Assembly (NCBI GenBank): GCA_964016885.1
Contig: OZ024751.1
Coordinates: forward strand, 6,324,001-6,388,000
Length of the DNA: 64,000 nt
Source: Eledone cirrhosa
Taxonomy: Eukaryota
Direction of reading: 5' to 3'
Notes under the pieces: generated by a model
Database searches by the model: none
What the model was told of the DNA's origin: nothing
What the model saw: the letters and a program-made list of their open reading frames with translations, nothing else
Program-made: the position numbers and the translations under genes
Part shown: one piece after another, positions 15,072 to 28,970 of the stretch
How the letters are laid out: each line of letters starts with the position of its first letter
How positions within the stretch are numbered: the stretch's first letter is position 1

Positions 15072-15262
15072 ACGGCTGTGGATTGGCAGTATCGGTAGAG
15101 GGTCGGACGCCAGGCTTTGACGCATAGAGTTAGTGCCCTTTCCATTCTGAATTCAAATCCCACCGAGGTTAACTTTGCCTTTCATCCTTACGGGGTCGAT
15201 AAAATAAAGTACTAGTAATGCACTGTGTATTTGCTGGCCTTGTGCCAAAAGTAGAAACAATT
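15072..15262 (+). mobile_element. SINE
   Basis: gtggattggcagtatcggtagagg...ctgaattcaaatcccaccgaggttaactttgcctttcatccttacggggtcgataaaataaagtac. Confidence 0.85.
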
Positions 15263-16456
15263 ATTTCTGGCAATACTATAACAATATGACCCTCCTCAAG
15301 TATAACAATACGGTTTCGGCACACGATTTCATATCATAAACCTTGCAAAATATATATATATGAGATCTTTAATATATCTCATATAAAATAATTGTTTCTA
15401 CTTTTGGCACAAGGCCCGCAATAACCCAGCCAGTACATTACTGGTATTTTATTTTATCGACCCCGTAAGGATGAAAGGCAAAGTTAACCTCGGCGGGATT
15501 TGAACTCAGACCGTAAAGAGACATAACTATGCTGGAAAGCATGGCATCTGACTCTCTACAGATACTGCCAATTCACCGCCCTTATATCTTATATAAAATA
15601 ATACAGCCAATTATCCACACAATACAGTATAGTTAGCACTCCAAACGTTTAATTAGGAATATACTTCGGTATTTCCTAATGTTTGTTGAGTGAGTTGGAA
15701 ATTGGTCGGAGTATCGCTATTAGCTTTCTCCGTTTATGTATATATACATACATACTGCGGATTTACAAATGGGTTACATATGAAAAAAGTGTGTCCTTCA
15801 TCAGTGATCTTCCAACCATCATAGGCATTTCATCGCTTTAAAGACCATATACCTCCGGTTGGTGCGAGCAACGGCTAAAAAAAGACGTTGGGACACGTAA
15901 ATAAAGGGGACGCGAGGGTAAACAAACAAAATGGTGAAGCAACAGAAAGTGAGGAAGAAAGAGACAAGTCCCAGATTTCTATGAATTTAAATTCAGTGAA
16001 ATCGTGAACGAGAGAATAAAGACCATCAAACCTGGTTGAAAGGTGAGCAAGGAAGGAATTTCGCAAAGGTCTAACGAGAGGAAGAAGGGGTCTGGTCTGC
16101 GAATTCGGTAAACATAAGTTCTGTGAAATCCTCCCGTTAGACCTGTGCGAAAGTCCTTCCTTGCTCACATTTCAACCAGGTTTGATGGTCTTTATTCTCT
16201 CGTTCACGATTTCACCGAATTTAAATTCATAGAAGTCTGGGACTTGTCTCTTTCTTCCTCACTTTCTGTTGCTTCACCATTTTGTTTGTTTACCCTCGCG
16301 TCCCCTTTATTTACGTGTCCCAACGTCTTTTTTTAGCCGTTGCTCGCACCAACCGGAGGTATATGGTCTTTAAAGCGATGACATGCCTATGATGGTTGTA
16401 AGATCACTGATGAAGGACAAACTTTTTTCATATATATATATATATATATAAAGGTC

Positions 16457-16511
<55 letters not shown>

Positions 16512-16678
16512 GTTTACATATATATGTATATATACATACATATACGTGTTTTGCAACGGGTCACTTTGTGGCTCAATGAGAAGTTAATAAATTAAATAAT
16601 CAGAGCTATATTTCATAAAACATGTCTGGGAGAGAAAATGGTATATATTTTATCTGGTGATTCTATAGACATGTTTTA

Positions 16679-16753
<75 letters not shown>

Positions 16754-17140
16754 CATAAACGGAGAAACCTAATAGCGATACTCCGACCAATTTCCAACTC
16801 ACTCAACAAACATTAGGAAATACCGGAGTATATTCCAAATTAAACGTTTGGAGTGCTAACTACTGTATTGTGTGGATAATTGGTTGTATTATTTTATATG
16901 AGATATATTAAAACTCATCTATATGTGTTTTGCAAGATTTGTGATATGAAATCGTGTGTCGAAACCGTATTGTTATACTTGGGGAGGGTCATATTGTTAT
17001 AGTATTGCCAGAAATAATATGAGAAAAATATCACTGTTTGGCTTGGGTCGGTTTTTGCTGCTGTGTCTTTTATATCTCCTTAGTTAATTTATCTGGCAAT
17101 CAATGTTTATCATTGATTGACCAACGGTTAAAAATACAGA
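15262..17140. mobile_element. Fold-back pair of PLE 3' ends (large inverted repeat)
   Basis: 15262-15740 is the reverse complement of 16752-17020; 15778-16080 is the reverse complement of ~16135-16432; the centre encodes a GIY-YIG C-terminus-like peptide (SFLAHLSTRFDGL); CTGATGA at 16407. Confidence 0.7.
15390..15581 (-). mobile_element. SINE with target-site duplication
   Basis: Flanked by tatatctcatataaaataat / tatatcttatataaaataat; absent from the opposite fold-back arm. Confidence 0.88.
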
Positions 17141-17170
17141 TATAAATATATATATATAGTCTATCAAAGT

Positions 17171-17319
<149 letters not shown>

Positions 17320-17477
17320 ATATTTATTAAAATAACAGATTAAAGTTTAAGCAAAAAAGCGCTGCGTTCACCCTTAACGGGATCTTCTGAAACTAAAGAT
17401 ATATTTATTCTTATCGAGCCCTCTTTGGATTTTAGTCTTCAAATTTGTTATTATTATTATATATATATATATATAAT

Positions 17478-17664
17478 GCGGTGGATTGGCAGTATCGGTG
17501 GAGGGTCGCACGCCATGGTTTCCAGCATAGTTACGTCCCTTTACGATCTGAGTTCAAATCCCGCGTAGGTTGACTTTGCCTCTCATCCTTACGGGGTCGA
17601 TAAAATAAAGTACCAGTAATGCACTGGGTAATTGCTGGCCTTGTGCCTAAAGTAGAAACAATTA
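17478..17664 (+). mobile_element. SINE
   Basis: Same family; gagttcaaatccc B-box-like motif. Confidence 0.85.
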
Positions 17665-17667
17665 TGA

Positions 17668-18328
17668 AATATATATAAAGTTGTATTCCTGTCTGTTTGT
17701 TTGTTTGTTTGTTTGTTCAGAAACCACTCCTATGGTTTTGGAGATAGACCCACATAACCATATATAATCTGAAACTAAATTGCCCAGGGTACTTGGATAA
17801 GTATATTTCATTTTAATCAAAGATTTCCCTTGAGGCACAAACCCCCCGCTGAAAATGTTTTCCCTTCCATTCATATGAAATTTAAACCATAGGTAAATGA
17901 CTAGATATGATGCCTATTCACAAAATTTCAGCAAATTCCTATAATATTAAAACACCCTAATGGGGGTTAAATCCCCTATTAGGGTTCCCCGGAGGCACAA
18001 ACCCGTTTTAACATTTTCTCCCTCAGATTTATATGAAATTTAAACCTAGGTAAATAACAAGATGTGATGCCTATTTACAAAAGATTTGAATTGATATTTA
18101 AAACAATTATTTACAAGAAACAAAATAAGAATATGATATAATAATGTAATTTTGATTTGATATATTACAAACAATAATGTTTTCCAATGTTTCATGCATT
18201 ACATTCTCCATTGAGTAATATTGAAATGCAGAGTTTTTCTCCATAAATTGTGACATTGATTTCAAATCAATCATCATTTTCTGACAAAAAAAGTGTGAAA
18301 CGCTGCAAGACGCGGGTAATTGGGCTAG
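17668..18328 (+). mobile_element. Non-autonomous Helitron
   Basis: 5' atatatataaa...(gtct/gttt)n start; 3' GC hairpin cgctgcaagacgcggg then CTAG at 18325-18328 followed by T. Confidence 0.7.
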
Positions 18329-18344
18329 TATATATATAAGTAAA

Positions 18345-21300
18345 AAGGCATGACCATGGGATTAACAGCTAGAAAGTTCCCCCCAAGGCACATGTCCACG
18401 CAAGGCTGTTTCTATAGGTCAGCAGTGACCGATGCACAACGCCACCAATGTTGTCCAAGGGAAAGGCAAAGTGTTGAATCAGCTTGGCACAAGTGACGTC
18501 ACACCTCATTTCTACAGCTGAGTGAACTGGAGCAACGTAAGGTTGCCTCTCATTTCTACAGCTGAGGGAACTGGAGCAACGTAAGGTTGCCTCTCATTTC
18601 TACAGCTGAGGGAACTGAAGCAACGTAAGGTTGCCTCTCATTTCTACAGCTGAGTGAACTGGAGCAACGTAAGGTTGCCTCTCATTTCTACAGCTGAGGG
18701 AACTGGAGCAACGTAAGGTTGCCTCTCATGTCTACAGCTGAGGGAACTGGAGCAACGTAAGGTTGCCTCTCATTTCTACAGCTGAGTGAACTGGAGCAAC
18801 GTAAGGTTGCCTCTCATGTCTACAGCTGAGGGAACTGGAGCAACGTAAGGTTGCCTCTCATTTCTACAGCTGAGTGAACTGGAGCAACGTAAGGTTGCCT
18901 CTCATTTCTACAGCTGAGTGAACTGGAGCAACGTAAGGTTGCCTCTCATTTCTACAGCTGAGGGAACTGGAGCAACGTAAGGTTGCCTCTCATTTCTACA
19001 GCTGAGTGAACTGGAGCAACGTAAGGTTGCCTCTCATTTCTACAGCTGAGTGAACTGGAGCAACGTAAGGTTGCCTCTCATTTCTACAGCTGAGTGAACT
19101 GGAGCAACGTAAGGTTGCCTCTCTTTTCTACAGCTGAGTGAACTGGAGCAACGTAAGGCTGCCTCTCATTTCTACAGCTGAGTGAACTGGAGCAACGAAA
19201 GGTTGCCTCTCATTTCTACAGCTGAGTGAACTGGAGCAACGTAAGGTTGCCTGTCATTTCTACAGCTGAGTGAACTGGAGCAACGTAAGGTTGCCTCTCA
19301 TTTCTACAGCTGAGTGAACTGGAGCAACGTAAGGTTGCCTCTCATTTCTACAGCTGAGTGAACTGGAGCAACGTAAGGTTGCCTCTCATTTCTACAGCTG
19401 AGGGAACTGGAGCAACGTAAGGTTGCCTCTCATTTCTACAGCTGAGTGAACTGGAGCAACGTAAGGTTGCCTCTCATTTCTACAGCTGAGTGAACTGGAG
19501 CAACGTAAGGTTGCCTCTCATTTCTACAGCTGAGGGAACTGGAGCAACGTAAGGTTGCCTCTCATTTCTACAGCTGAGTGAACTGGAGCAACGTAAGGTT
19601 GCCTCTCATTTCTACAGCTGAGGGAACTGGAGCAACGTAAGGTTGCCTCTCATTTCTACAGCTGAGTGAACTGGAGCAACGTAAGGTTGCCTCTCATGTC
19701 TACAGCTGAGGGAACTGGAGCAACGTAAGGTTGCCTCTCATTTCTACAGCTGAGTGAACTGGAGCAACGTAAGGTTGCCTCTCATGTCTACAGCTGAGGG
19801 AACTGGAGCAACGTAAGGTTGCCTCTCATTTCTACAGCTGAGTGAACTGGAGCAACGTAAGGTTGCCTCTCATTTCTACAGCTGAGTGAACTGGAGCAAC
19901 GTAAGGTTGCCTCTCATTTCTACAGCTGAGGGAACTGGAGCAACGTAAGGTTGCCTCTCATTTCTACAGCTGAGTGAACTGGAGCAACGTAAGGTTGCCT
20001 CTCATTTCTACAGCTGAGTGAACTGGAGCAACGTAAGGTTGCCTCTCATTTCTACAGCTGAGTGAACTGGAGCAACGTAAGGTTGCCTCTCTTTTCTACA
20101 GCTGAGTGAACTGGAGCAACGTAAGGCTGCCTCTCATTTCTACAGCTGAGTGAACTGGAGCAACGTAAGGTTGCCTCTCATTTCTACAGCTGAGTGAACT
20201 GGAGCAACGTAAGGTTGCCTGTCATTTCTACAGCTGAGTGAACTGGAGCAACGTAAGGTTGCCTCTCATTTCTACAGCTGAGTGAACTGGAGCAACGTAA
20301 GGTTGCCTCTCATTTCTACAGCTGAGTGAACTGGAGCAACGTAAGGTTGCCTCTCATTTCTACAGCTGAGTGAACTGGAGCAACGTAAGGTTGCCTCTCA
20401 TTTCTACAGCTGAGTGAACTGGAGCAACGTAAGGTTGCCTCTCATTTCTACAGCTGAGTGAACTGGAGCAACGTAAGGTTGCCTCTCATTTCTACAGCTG
20501 AGTGAACTGGAGCAACGTAAGGTTGCCTCTCATTTCTACAGCTGAGTGAACTGGAGCAACGTAAGGTTGCCTCCCATTTCTACAGCTGAGTGAACTGGAG
20601 CAACGTAAGGTTGCCTCTCATTTCTACAGCTGAGTGAACTGGAGCAACGTAAGGTTGCCTCTCATTTCTACAGCTGAGGGAACTGGAGCAACGTAAGGTT
20701 GCCTCTCATTTCTACAGCTGAGGGAACTGGAGCAACGTAAGGTTGCCTCTCATTTCTACAGCTGAGTGAACTGGAGCAACGTAAGGTTGCCTCTCATTTC
20801 TACAGCTGAGTGAACTGGAACAACGTAAGGTTGCCTCTAATTTCTACAGCTGAGTGAACTGGAGCAACGTAAGGTTGCCTCTCATTTCTACAGCTGAGTG
20901 AACTGGAGCAACGTAAGGTTGCCTCTCATTTCTGCAGCTGAGTGAACTGGAGCAACGTAAGGTTGCCTCTCATTTCTACAGCTGAGTGAACTGGAGCAAC
21001 GTAAGGTTGCCTCTCATTTCTACAGCTGAGTGAACTGGAGCAACGTAAGGTTGCCTCTCATTTCTACAGCTGAGGGAACTGGAGCAACGTAAGGTTGCCT
21101 CTCATTTCTACAGCTGAGGGAACTGGAGCAACGTAAGGTTGCCTCTCATTTCTACAGCTGAGTGAACTGGAGCAACGTAAGGTTGCCTCTCATTTCTACA
21201 GCTGAGTGAACTGGAGCAACGTAAGGTTGCCTCTCATTTCTACAGCTGAGTGAACTGGAGCAACGTAAGGTTGCCTCTCATTTCTACAGCTGAGTGAACT

Positions 21301-21520
21301 GGAGCAACGTAAGGTTGCCTCTCATTTCTACAGCTGAGTGAACTGGAGCAACGTAAGGTTGACTCTCATTTCTACAGCTGAGGGAACTGGAGCAACGTAA
21401 GGTTGCCTCTCATTTCTACAGCTGAGTGAACTGGAGCAACGTGAAATAAAGTGTCTTGCTCAAAAACACAACGCAAGGCCTGGAACCGGAATCGAATTCA
21501 CAATCTCATAATTGTAAGCC
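18345..21520 (-). mobile_element. Second SINE family (CORE/Meta-like), internally expanded by the satellite
   Basis: Minus strand: tRNA-like head (attcgattcc), ttgagcaagacacttt core, tail matching 53213-53260. Confidence 0.65.
18505..21442. repeat. 44-bp tandem satellite, ~67 copies
   Basis: Unit catttctacagctgagtgaactggagcaacgtaaggttgcctct; first at 18507, last at 21411 (66 x 44 apart). Confidence 0.98.
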
Positions 21521-21651
21521 ATAAGTATGTATATATATGTGAAAATGTATATAAATAAGTAAATATATATATATGTTTGATGTGTATAGTTAGATGTAAG
21601 TGTATTCATGTATTAAAGTGCATATATATATATGTATATATGTATGTATAT

Positions 21652-21729
<78 letters not shown>

Positions 21730-22455
21730 ATATGTATGTATATATGTGTATATAGATGTGTATGTATGTGTATGTGTGTACACATGGACTAGAGTAAGTA
21801 TGTATATATGTGTGTGTCTATACGTGTGTATATAAAGATAAGTTGAGTATGAAAATGTATACACATGAGCGCGTATGTATGTACATGAATACATGTGTGT
21901 ATATATATGTGTATGCATGTGTATATATATGTAAGTATGAATATGTGAATTGTGAGTATATGTATTTTGTAGAGGTGTGCAAATATATTTGTGTGTGAAT
22001 GCGTGGGTGAAAGGATACGTACACTTGAAAGAAAAATTTAAGTCTGAATGTTAATTAAGTGCAAACACAAAACCAACCACGCATATCTTTACTATCTCTA
22101 ATCCTTCTATAGATTTAGAAAAATAACCAATAATATATTCTATAAAAAATGTCAAAACAACAGATGGGAATCTAATTACTCACTGCCACCAAGAATTCTC
22201 ACTGCTATCGAAAAACCACTCCTTCAACTATTCTTCTAACAACTTCACCCCTCCCTCCTAATATTCTCTATAAAAACTAAATAGGTCCTCAGTAATATTA
22301 TTCTGATGAAATGACAGTAAATAATAACATTGAAATATTGAATGTCTGCATAACTAAAAGTTTGTAGGTAGCAGCTGTTTTAGGTTATGTAACTGTTATA
22401 GAAACACGTGTCAATAAATTCCTTTCAACTAAACTGTATCCATTCAAATCTTTCT
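21520..22455 (+). mobile_element. Solo 3' UTR/pLTR of the Naiad-like family at 1555-3790
   Basis: 22015-22455 aligns to 3310-3780; CTGATGA 22303 ... GAAA 22332. Confidence 0.8.
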
Positions 22456-22598
22456 ATATATATATATATATATATATATATGCATGTTTTACGTGTGTAT
22501 ATATTTTGTGTGTGTGTGTGTATTCTATGTATATATATATGTTTTATATTTCTGTATGTATATATTTTATATATATGTATGTTCTGTGTATATATACA

Positions 22599-22644
<46 letters not shown>

Positions 22645-22838
22645 ACTTGTGCGTACATGCATGCATGCATATATTTATATATATATATATATACACACCT
22701 GTATGGATTTGTGTGTGTAGATGTGTGAGTGTTTGAGGGGATAGGTGTGAGTGTATGTACAAGTGAATCAGCATAAAACTTTTATTTCTGAATTTTCTAA
22801 ACTATCTAAGGATTGGACTCGAACCATTATATTAAGTA

Positions 22839-23772
22839 CTAGCAGTAAAGCCCGGCGTTGCTGGGGGTCGCTCTGTAGCTGTGTTAAAGTTACAATGTTA
22901 AGTTTCTTTTTTGGCTTAAAAACTGTAGTGTCTACTGTGCAGACTTGCATGTGGTGTTTTTGATTAATATTCCCTCAACCAACAATATGCCTTATGAAGT
23001 TAAGAAAACATAACGGTAACCCGAATGTTATAACAAAAGAGGATGCTGGGGATAAAAACTGCACTGGTTATTTATTAACAAAGATCGAAAATGTAAACAC
23101 TGCAACGCAGAGAAAAACATTAGCGTAACCAAATTATCAGTTATGTCTGTCTGCACGCCTATATCACCTCTCTGCACGACTGTCTGTCTGCACGCCTATA
23201 TCACCTCTCTGCACGACTGTCTGTCTGCACGCCTATATCACCTCTCTGCACGACTGTCTGTCTGCACGCCTATATCACCTCTCTGCACGACTGTCTGTCT
23301 ACACGCGTATATCACCTCTCTGCACGACTGTCTGTCTGCACGCCTAACGACGAAATATTTGCTTGTTTTACGTAGTCTTTAAATAGACTTGTTTTCAAGT
23401 AAAAATATTGTTTTAAAATGCTTTTAAATGGAAATGAAGCAAAACGGAAGCTTAGTGTTCGAACTGATGAATTTTGCAGGTCAATATTTTGCTGGCTCGA
23501 CAACTGAGAAAGCCAGCGTAATTTTTTACGTAAGACGCTCAATGTAAACAGAACAAAGGGAAATAACTGATAACTTACGCTCTAAAATCGATACATTATA
23601 TTCGATTTCGTCACATAGGGTGGGTCAATTTGAAATTTTTTTTTCCGATGTCTTCGCTAGGGCTCAATGTACAAGTATAGCAATTTCGGTGCAATTCCGT
23701 GAGAGATTCTAAGAGGAGATGTGTGCCAAAAATCGATAGACAGACAGACAACCACAGTTTTATATATATAGA
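22839..23772 (-). mobile_element. Non-autonomous Helitron
   Basis: Minus strand starts TCtatatatataaaactgtggttgtctgtctgtc and ends cccagcaacgccggg hairpin + CTAG. Confidence 0.75.
23145..23346. repeat. 37-bp minisatellite, ~5.5 copies, inside Helitron
   Basis: Unit ctgtctgtctgcacgcctatatcacctctctgcacga. Confidence 0.95.
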
Positions 23773-24336
23773 GTACCACCACACTTTTTGCATGTGTGGA
23801 TGTGTGCGTGTGTCTGTGGGGGTGGGGGTGAGTGTAGTGCAAGCCAATCTACATAAGCCTTTTTATTTGTAAACTTTCTACTCCAACCATAATCTTAAGT
23901 AGCACCACTCCACATAAATACCTAAATTTAAGAATGACCTGTAGTATCTATTTCGTACTATTAATGTTATTTGAATATATATCTGACCAGGAATGCTTTT
24001 TGTGAAAATCAGTCATATGGAACTATTGTCATCTTGCCTGATGGTTTGAACTTTACAACACCACCTGCCACTTTGAGGTCAAATACCAACCCTACTACCA
24101 TCTACAAACTGACAAATGAGAATGAAGACCATTCCTGCTGACAACATCAAAGTATTCCTAACAAGCTCATATGTCCCAAGGCTCTGATACCATCAACACT
24201 ATACACACAGAGCTGGCATATCTAAGAACTGACTAACTGCCTAATGAGGTCATAGCCATTCAATGGCTATCATCGAAATATATATGGCAGTAAATAAATG
24301 ATTATGAGTTCATGCAATTGACTTATGTTTCGTCAC

Positions 24337-24396
<60 letters not shown>

Positions 24397-24477
24397 CATA
24401 AATGCAATACATAAATATATATATATATATCTATATATATATATTAATGTGTATATATGTATATAAATATATATATA

Positions 24478-24507
<30 letters not shown>

Positions 24508-24513
<6 letters not shown>

Positions 24514-24810
24514 TAAACGGAATAGAAAATGCTGACAAATTGTTCACAGTTGAAAAATGGTTTAATTAGGAATAAAAGAGTATTAGTGATTGTATGGGTT
24601 AGTATTCAGTTGTGGTTTTAAGTTTTTAAGTTTTTACCGGTTGCGCATTTCTAAATGCTTTTCAAAAATAATTTTGAGATAGAGTGTCCGTGCTGTTTGC
24701 TCTGATCAGAGCAAACAGCACGGACACTCTATCTCAAAATTATTCCTAATTAAACCATTTTTCAACTGTGAACAATTTGTCAGCATTTTCTATTCCGTTT
24801 ACCAATATAT
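24508..24810. repeat. Nested inverted repeat with perfect 78-bp palindrome (24667-24744)
   Basis: Outer arms ~24508-24575 and ~24740-24810; inner palindrome centred on tctga|tcaga. Confidence 0.92.
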
Positions 24811-24840
24811 AATAACTTGTGTGTTACACCTCTATTCTTT

Positions 24841-24871
<31 letters not shown>

Positions 24872-25078
24872 TTCCTCTTTGTTGTTTACTTGTCTCACTC
24901 GCTTTACGCGTTTTAATTGACCAAATAACTTAATTTAGTTATTATTGCACCAACGTGAGGTATATGATTTTTAATGCAATGAAATATCTATGATTGTTGG
25001 CAAATCACTGATGAGGGACTCATTTTATAACATGTTATCCATGTGCAGCCTGCAGTATTCTTCTCCCCATTTTTTCAT

Positions 25079-25179
<101 letters not shown>

Positions 25180-25259
25180 GGAGGTGAGTTTTATTGTAGT
25201 ACAATAAAGCAATGCAGATATCGGATAAGAAGCACTCTACCGTTTGTAGGACTGGAGTA

Positions 25260-26605
25260 TGCATAATATAAGATCAAAAGATGGTTAAAGGAGTTCCATG
25301 TATTTTATTATGCGCATTTCAAAAACAAACTTCTTCTGCATCCTCATACTTGAACAGCTCTCTATCTAAAATCTGTAATCTCTGCCTAAATGAAAAATTT
25401 ACCATTATCTCTAACCTAGATTCTATAATAAATAGACGCACAGATTTGTTTTCTATCTGCCTGCATAAATTCCATAGAACTTTTCACAAAGTATACAGTT
25501 AATATTCAATTCTTTATCAATTTAGAATCTTTTCTCAAAGGCACATATACATACACCTCTTTAAAATATACCCATCTACCTTACTTTAAAGGGCATTATA
25601 CACTCTATAATACTTGTTTACTCATTACCCTCATTCTATCTTCACCTTGTAAAATCATAACATATACAATATTCATCCGCAATCATTATTAGTTTTTCTC
25701 TCTATCATAAATCTTTTTAATCTCAATTTCATCCTTAATTTATTATTTTTTTCTCCCCATCAACGAACTCATTATTAATACATATTAACTCTTTATTCGC
25801 ATATATTATCAATTCAACCAATATACAAACTTTAACTTCACATTATTTTTCTCAAATCCTTCTACACAAAAACCTTAATAATTTTTCTCTTCGTTAATTT
25901 TGAAATTGCCACAATATATACATTTCTTTTTTTGACGTTAGAATATTCATCCACAATTATTATTTTTTTCTCTCTATCTTCATACATAATTTCCCTTCGT
26001 TAATTTTCAAATTCCTTTAATTTATACATTATCTTCCAACGGTTCCCAACCTCTCTATGTTAAAACAATATATCTTTTTCTCAGTTATAAAAACTATCTC
26101 TTTCTCTCTATCACCCATCTCTCCCTCTCCACCTTCACTCACATCTCCTCCCTTTTTTTTTCATCCCCCCCCTCCCTAAATAAAATATTTTTCCTCGCAC
26201 ATATCCTCCCTTCGTTAATTTTCAAAATTTTTAATTTATACAGTATCTTCCAACGGTTTTCAACCTCTCTATGTAAAAAATATATCTCCTCTCAGTTATA
26301 AAAACTATCTCTTTCTCTCTATCACCCATCTCTCCCTCTCATCTCCTTCCCTTTTCATCCTTTCCAACCCCCCCCCCCCTCTCTAAATAACATATTTTTT
26401 CCCAATATCACACATCAATCTAAAACCACTTTTCATATGTTGATTTAAAACTGCACTATCCACAAGTGTTTTTTAGCCTTCATATCATGTTCTCCTGTTT
26501 TATCTGATGAAAACACAAATATTATTGCATGATGATGTTTGTTTTTGAAATGCGCATAATAAAATACATGGAACTCCTTTAACCATCTGTTGATCTTATA
26601 TTATA
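25260..26605 (+). mobile_element. Short 3' fragment of Naiad-like PLE with inverted terminal copy
   Basis: ICNLCLNEKFTII...NRRTDLFSICLHK; 25265-25327 is the reverse complement of 26540-26603. Confidence 0.8.
26498..26564 (+). ncRNA. Type I hammerhead ribozyme, intact core
   Basis: ttttat-CTGATGA-aaac...gtttt-GAAA-tgcgca-TA-ataaaa; palindromic stem III. Confidence 0.8.
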
Positions 26606-26714
26606 TATATATATATATATATACATGTATGCATATAAGCAATACATAAATTTATATATATATATAAATATATATATATATATGAATGTGTATATATGTA
26701 TATATATCTATATA

Positions 26715-26782
<68 letters not shown>

Positions 26783-27064
26783 TATATATATATATATATA
26801 TAAATGAAGTAATTCCGTCGGAAATGTCCAGGAAAAAAGACTGCTCTATGTAGGTAACAGAGCTTAATGGTTATGTAATAAACAAAATAAGGCAATTATT
26901 TCACTTACCAGTGGTTTCTTAAAAGAAAAAATATTTTGCTTTCAATCATCAGAATGAAAAAATCCTGGTGTATTTATTGACGTTGGATTTTAAAAACAAA
27001 AATGCAATCTATATGAAAGTGAGGCTGGAAAAGGAAGAAGGAAAGGAAAAATAAAATAAAAACA

Positions 27065-27114
<50 letters not shown>

Positions 27115-27258
27115 CATACACACATACATACACACACCTATATATACACACACACACACATACATATGTGTATATATATACATACACATACATATACACA
27201 TACATACATACACACATAAATATCAACATATCCATACATACACATACATATATACAAC

Positions 27259-27338
<80 letters not shown>

Positions 27339-27760
27339 CACATACATATACATACACACATACATATACATACATACATACACACAATCATACGCATATA
27401 CACACGTACATACATACGCATACATACACACATATATACACGCATACATACGCATGCACAAAAATAGAAATATATATACACACCTCTACATACTCACACA
27501 CACAAATAAATATAAGAAAAATATATAATAATGAAAAAACATAAAAATAAATATAAAGACTATTATAATGTTGACAGCGATACAGGCAACAAATAAATGA
27601 ACAAACCCACGTGGTAAGCAATACACACAAATGCACGTACACATACATACGTAAAAATAAATACATACACACACTCTCACACATAAATATAAATATACAA
27701 ATACATAAACACATACATACGCATACACACATACATACACACACACATATATACATATAT

Positions 27761-27791
<31 letters not shown>

Positions 27792-27947
27792 GATAGATAT
27801 ATATATACACACATACATAACCATACAAATATACACATACATATACATACATATCACAAACACGTACATACAAATTCAAACACACTTATATATATGTGTG
27901 TAAAACTCCTTCTTAGATAATTCATATGAACCTTATTTAACTCTAAA

Positions 27948-28000
<53 letters not shown>

Positions 28001-28056
28001 ATCATACGCATATACACACGTACATACATACGCATACATACACACATATATACACG

Positions 28057-28128
<72 letters not shown>

Positions 28129-28260
28129 TACACATACATACATACTCACATACACATATATACCTACACACATATATACATACACATACGTATGCATACG
28201 TACATACACACACACACATACATATGCATATGTAACTCAATATATATTTATATATATATG
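26604..28260. repeat. Representative (TA)n/(CA)n/(TATG)n low-complexity tract; similar tracts occur throughout (e.g. 5952-6214, 14790-14980, 55300-57590)
   Basis: Direct inspection. Confidence 0.97.
26899..26959 (-). ncRNA. Type I hammerhead ribozyme, intact core
   Basis: Reverse complement reads tttcatt-CTGATGA-ttgaaa...ttttaa-GAAA-ccactgg-TA-agtgaaa. Confidence 0.8.
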
Positions 28261-28680
28261 AGAAAGAACATAATTAATATATATATATATATATAAAAAA
28301 TAAATATTGTTATACTTTGGGAGGGTCATGTTGCCAATAAATTTAGAAACGAAATAAAAAATAAATATTTTATATATAAAAAAATATTGTATATATAAAA
28401 ATAAAAAATTAAAATTAAAATTAAAATTAAAATTAAAAGTTGGGAATACGACAAATAATAAATGCAAAAATATATATTTAGAAAAGGGTATAAATGCTTA
28501 TAACAGATTTAGAGCTCTCAACAAATTCCTGGAGTAAAAGATCAATGAAAATAATCATTAAATCACTATATGTAATGATGCATATACATACACCCTTATA
28601 CATATATACATATATATACACATACACACACACATACAAAAAAAGACAACCACAGAAATACACACACATATACAATTACG

Positions 28681-28716
<36 letters not shown>

Positions 28717-28937
28717 GGAAAAAGTCTGACCCCCCGGATATATATATATATATATATATATCGACACATATATACACACATACATACATATAACTATATA
28801 CACACACGCGCACAAATACAACAGAAATATATAATATATACGATTATATATACATATACAATTACATACAGATAGATATAAACATACATACACACACATA
28901 TATACATACACATATCCATATACACACACATATACAT

Positions 28938-28970
<33 letters not shown>

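Noticed and set aside
18505-21442. CRISPR-like array or ribozyme array
   Set aside because: No unique spacers and the context is eukaryotic. CTGAGTGA resembles an HHR core, but there is no GAAA/stem III on that strand.
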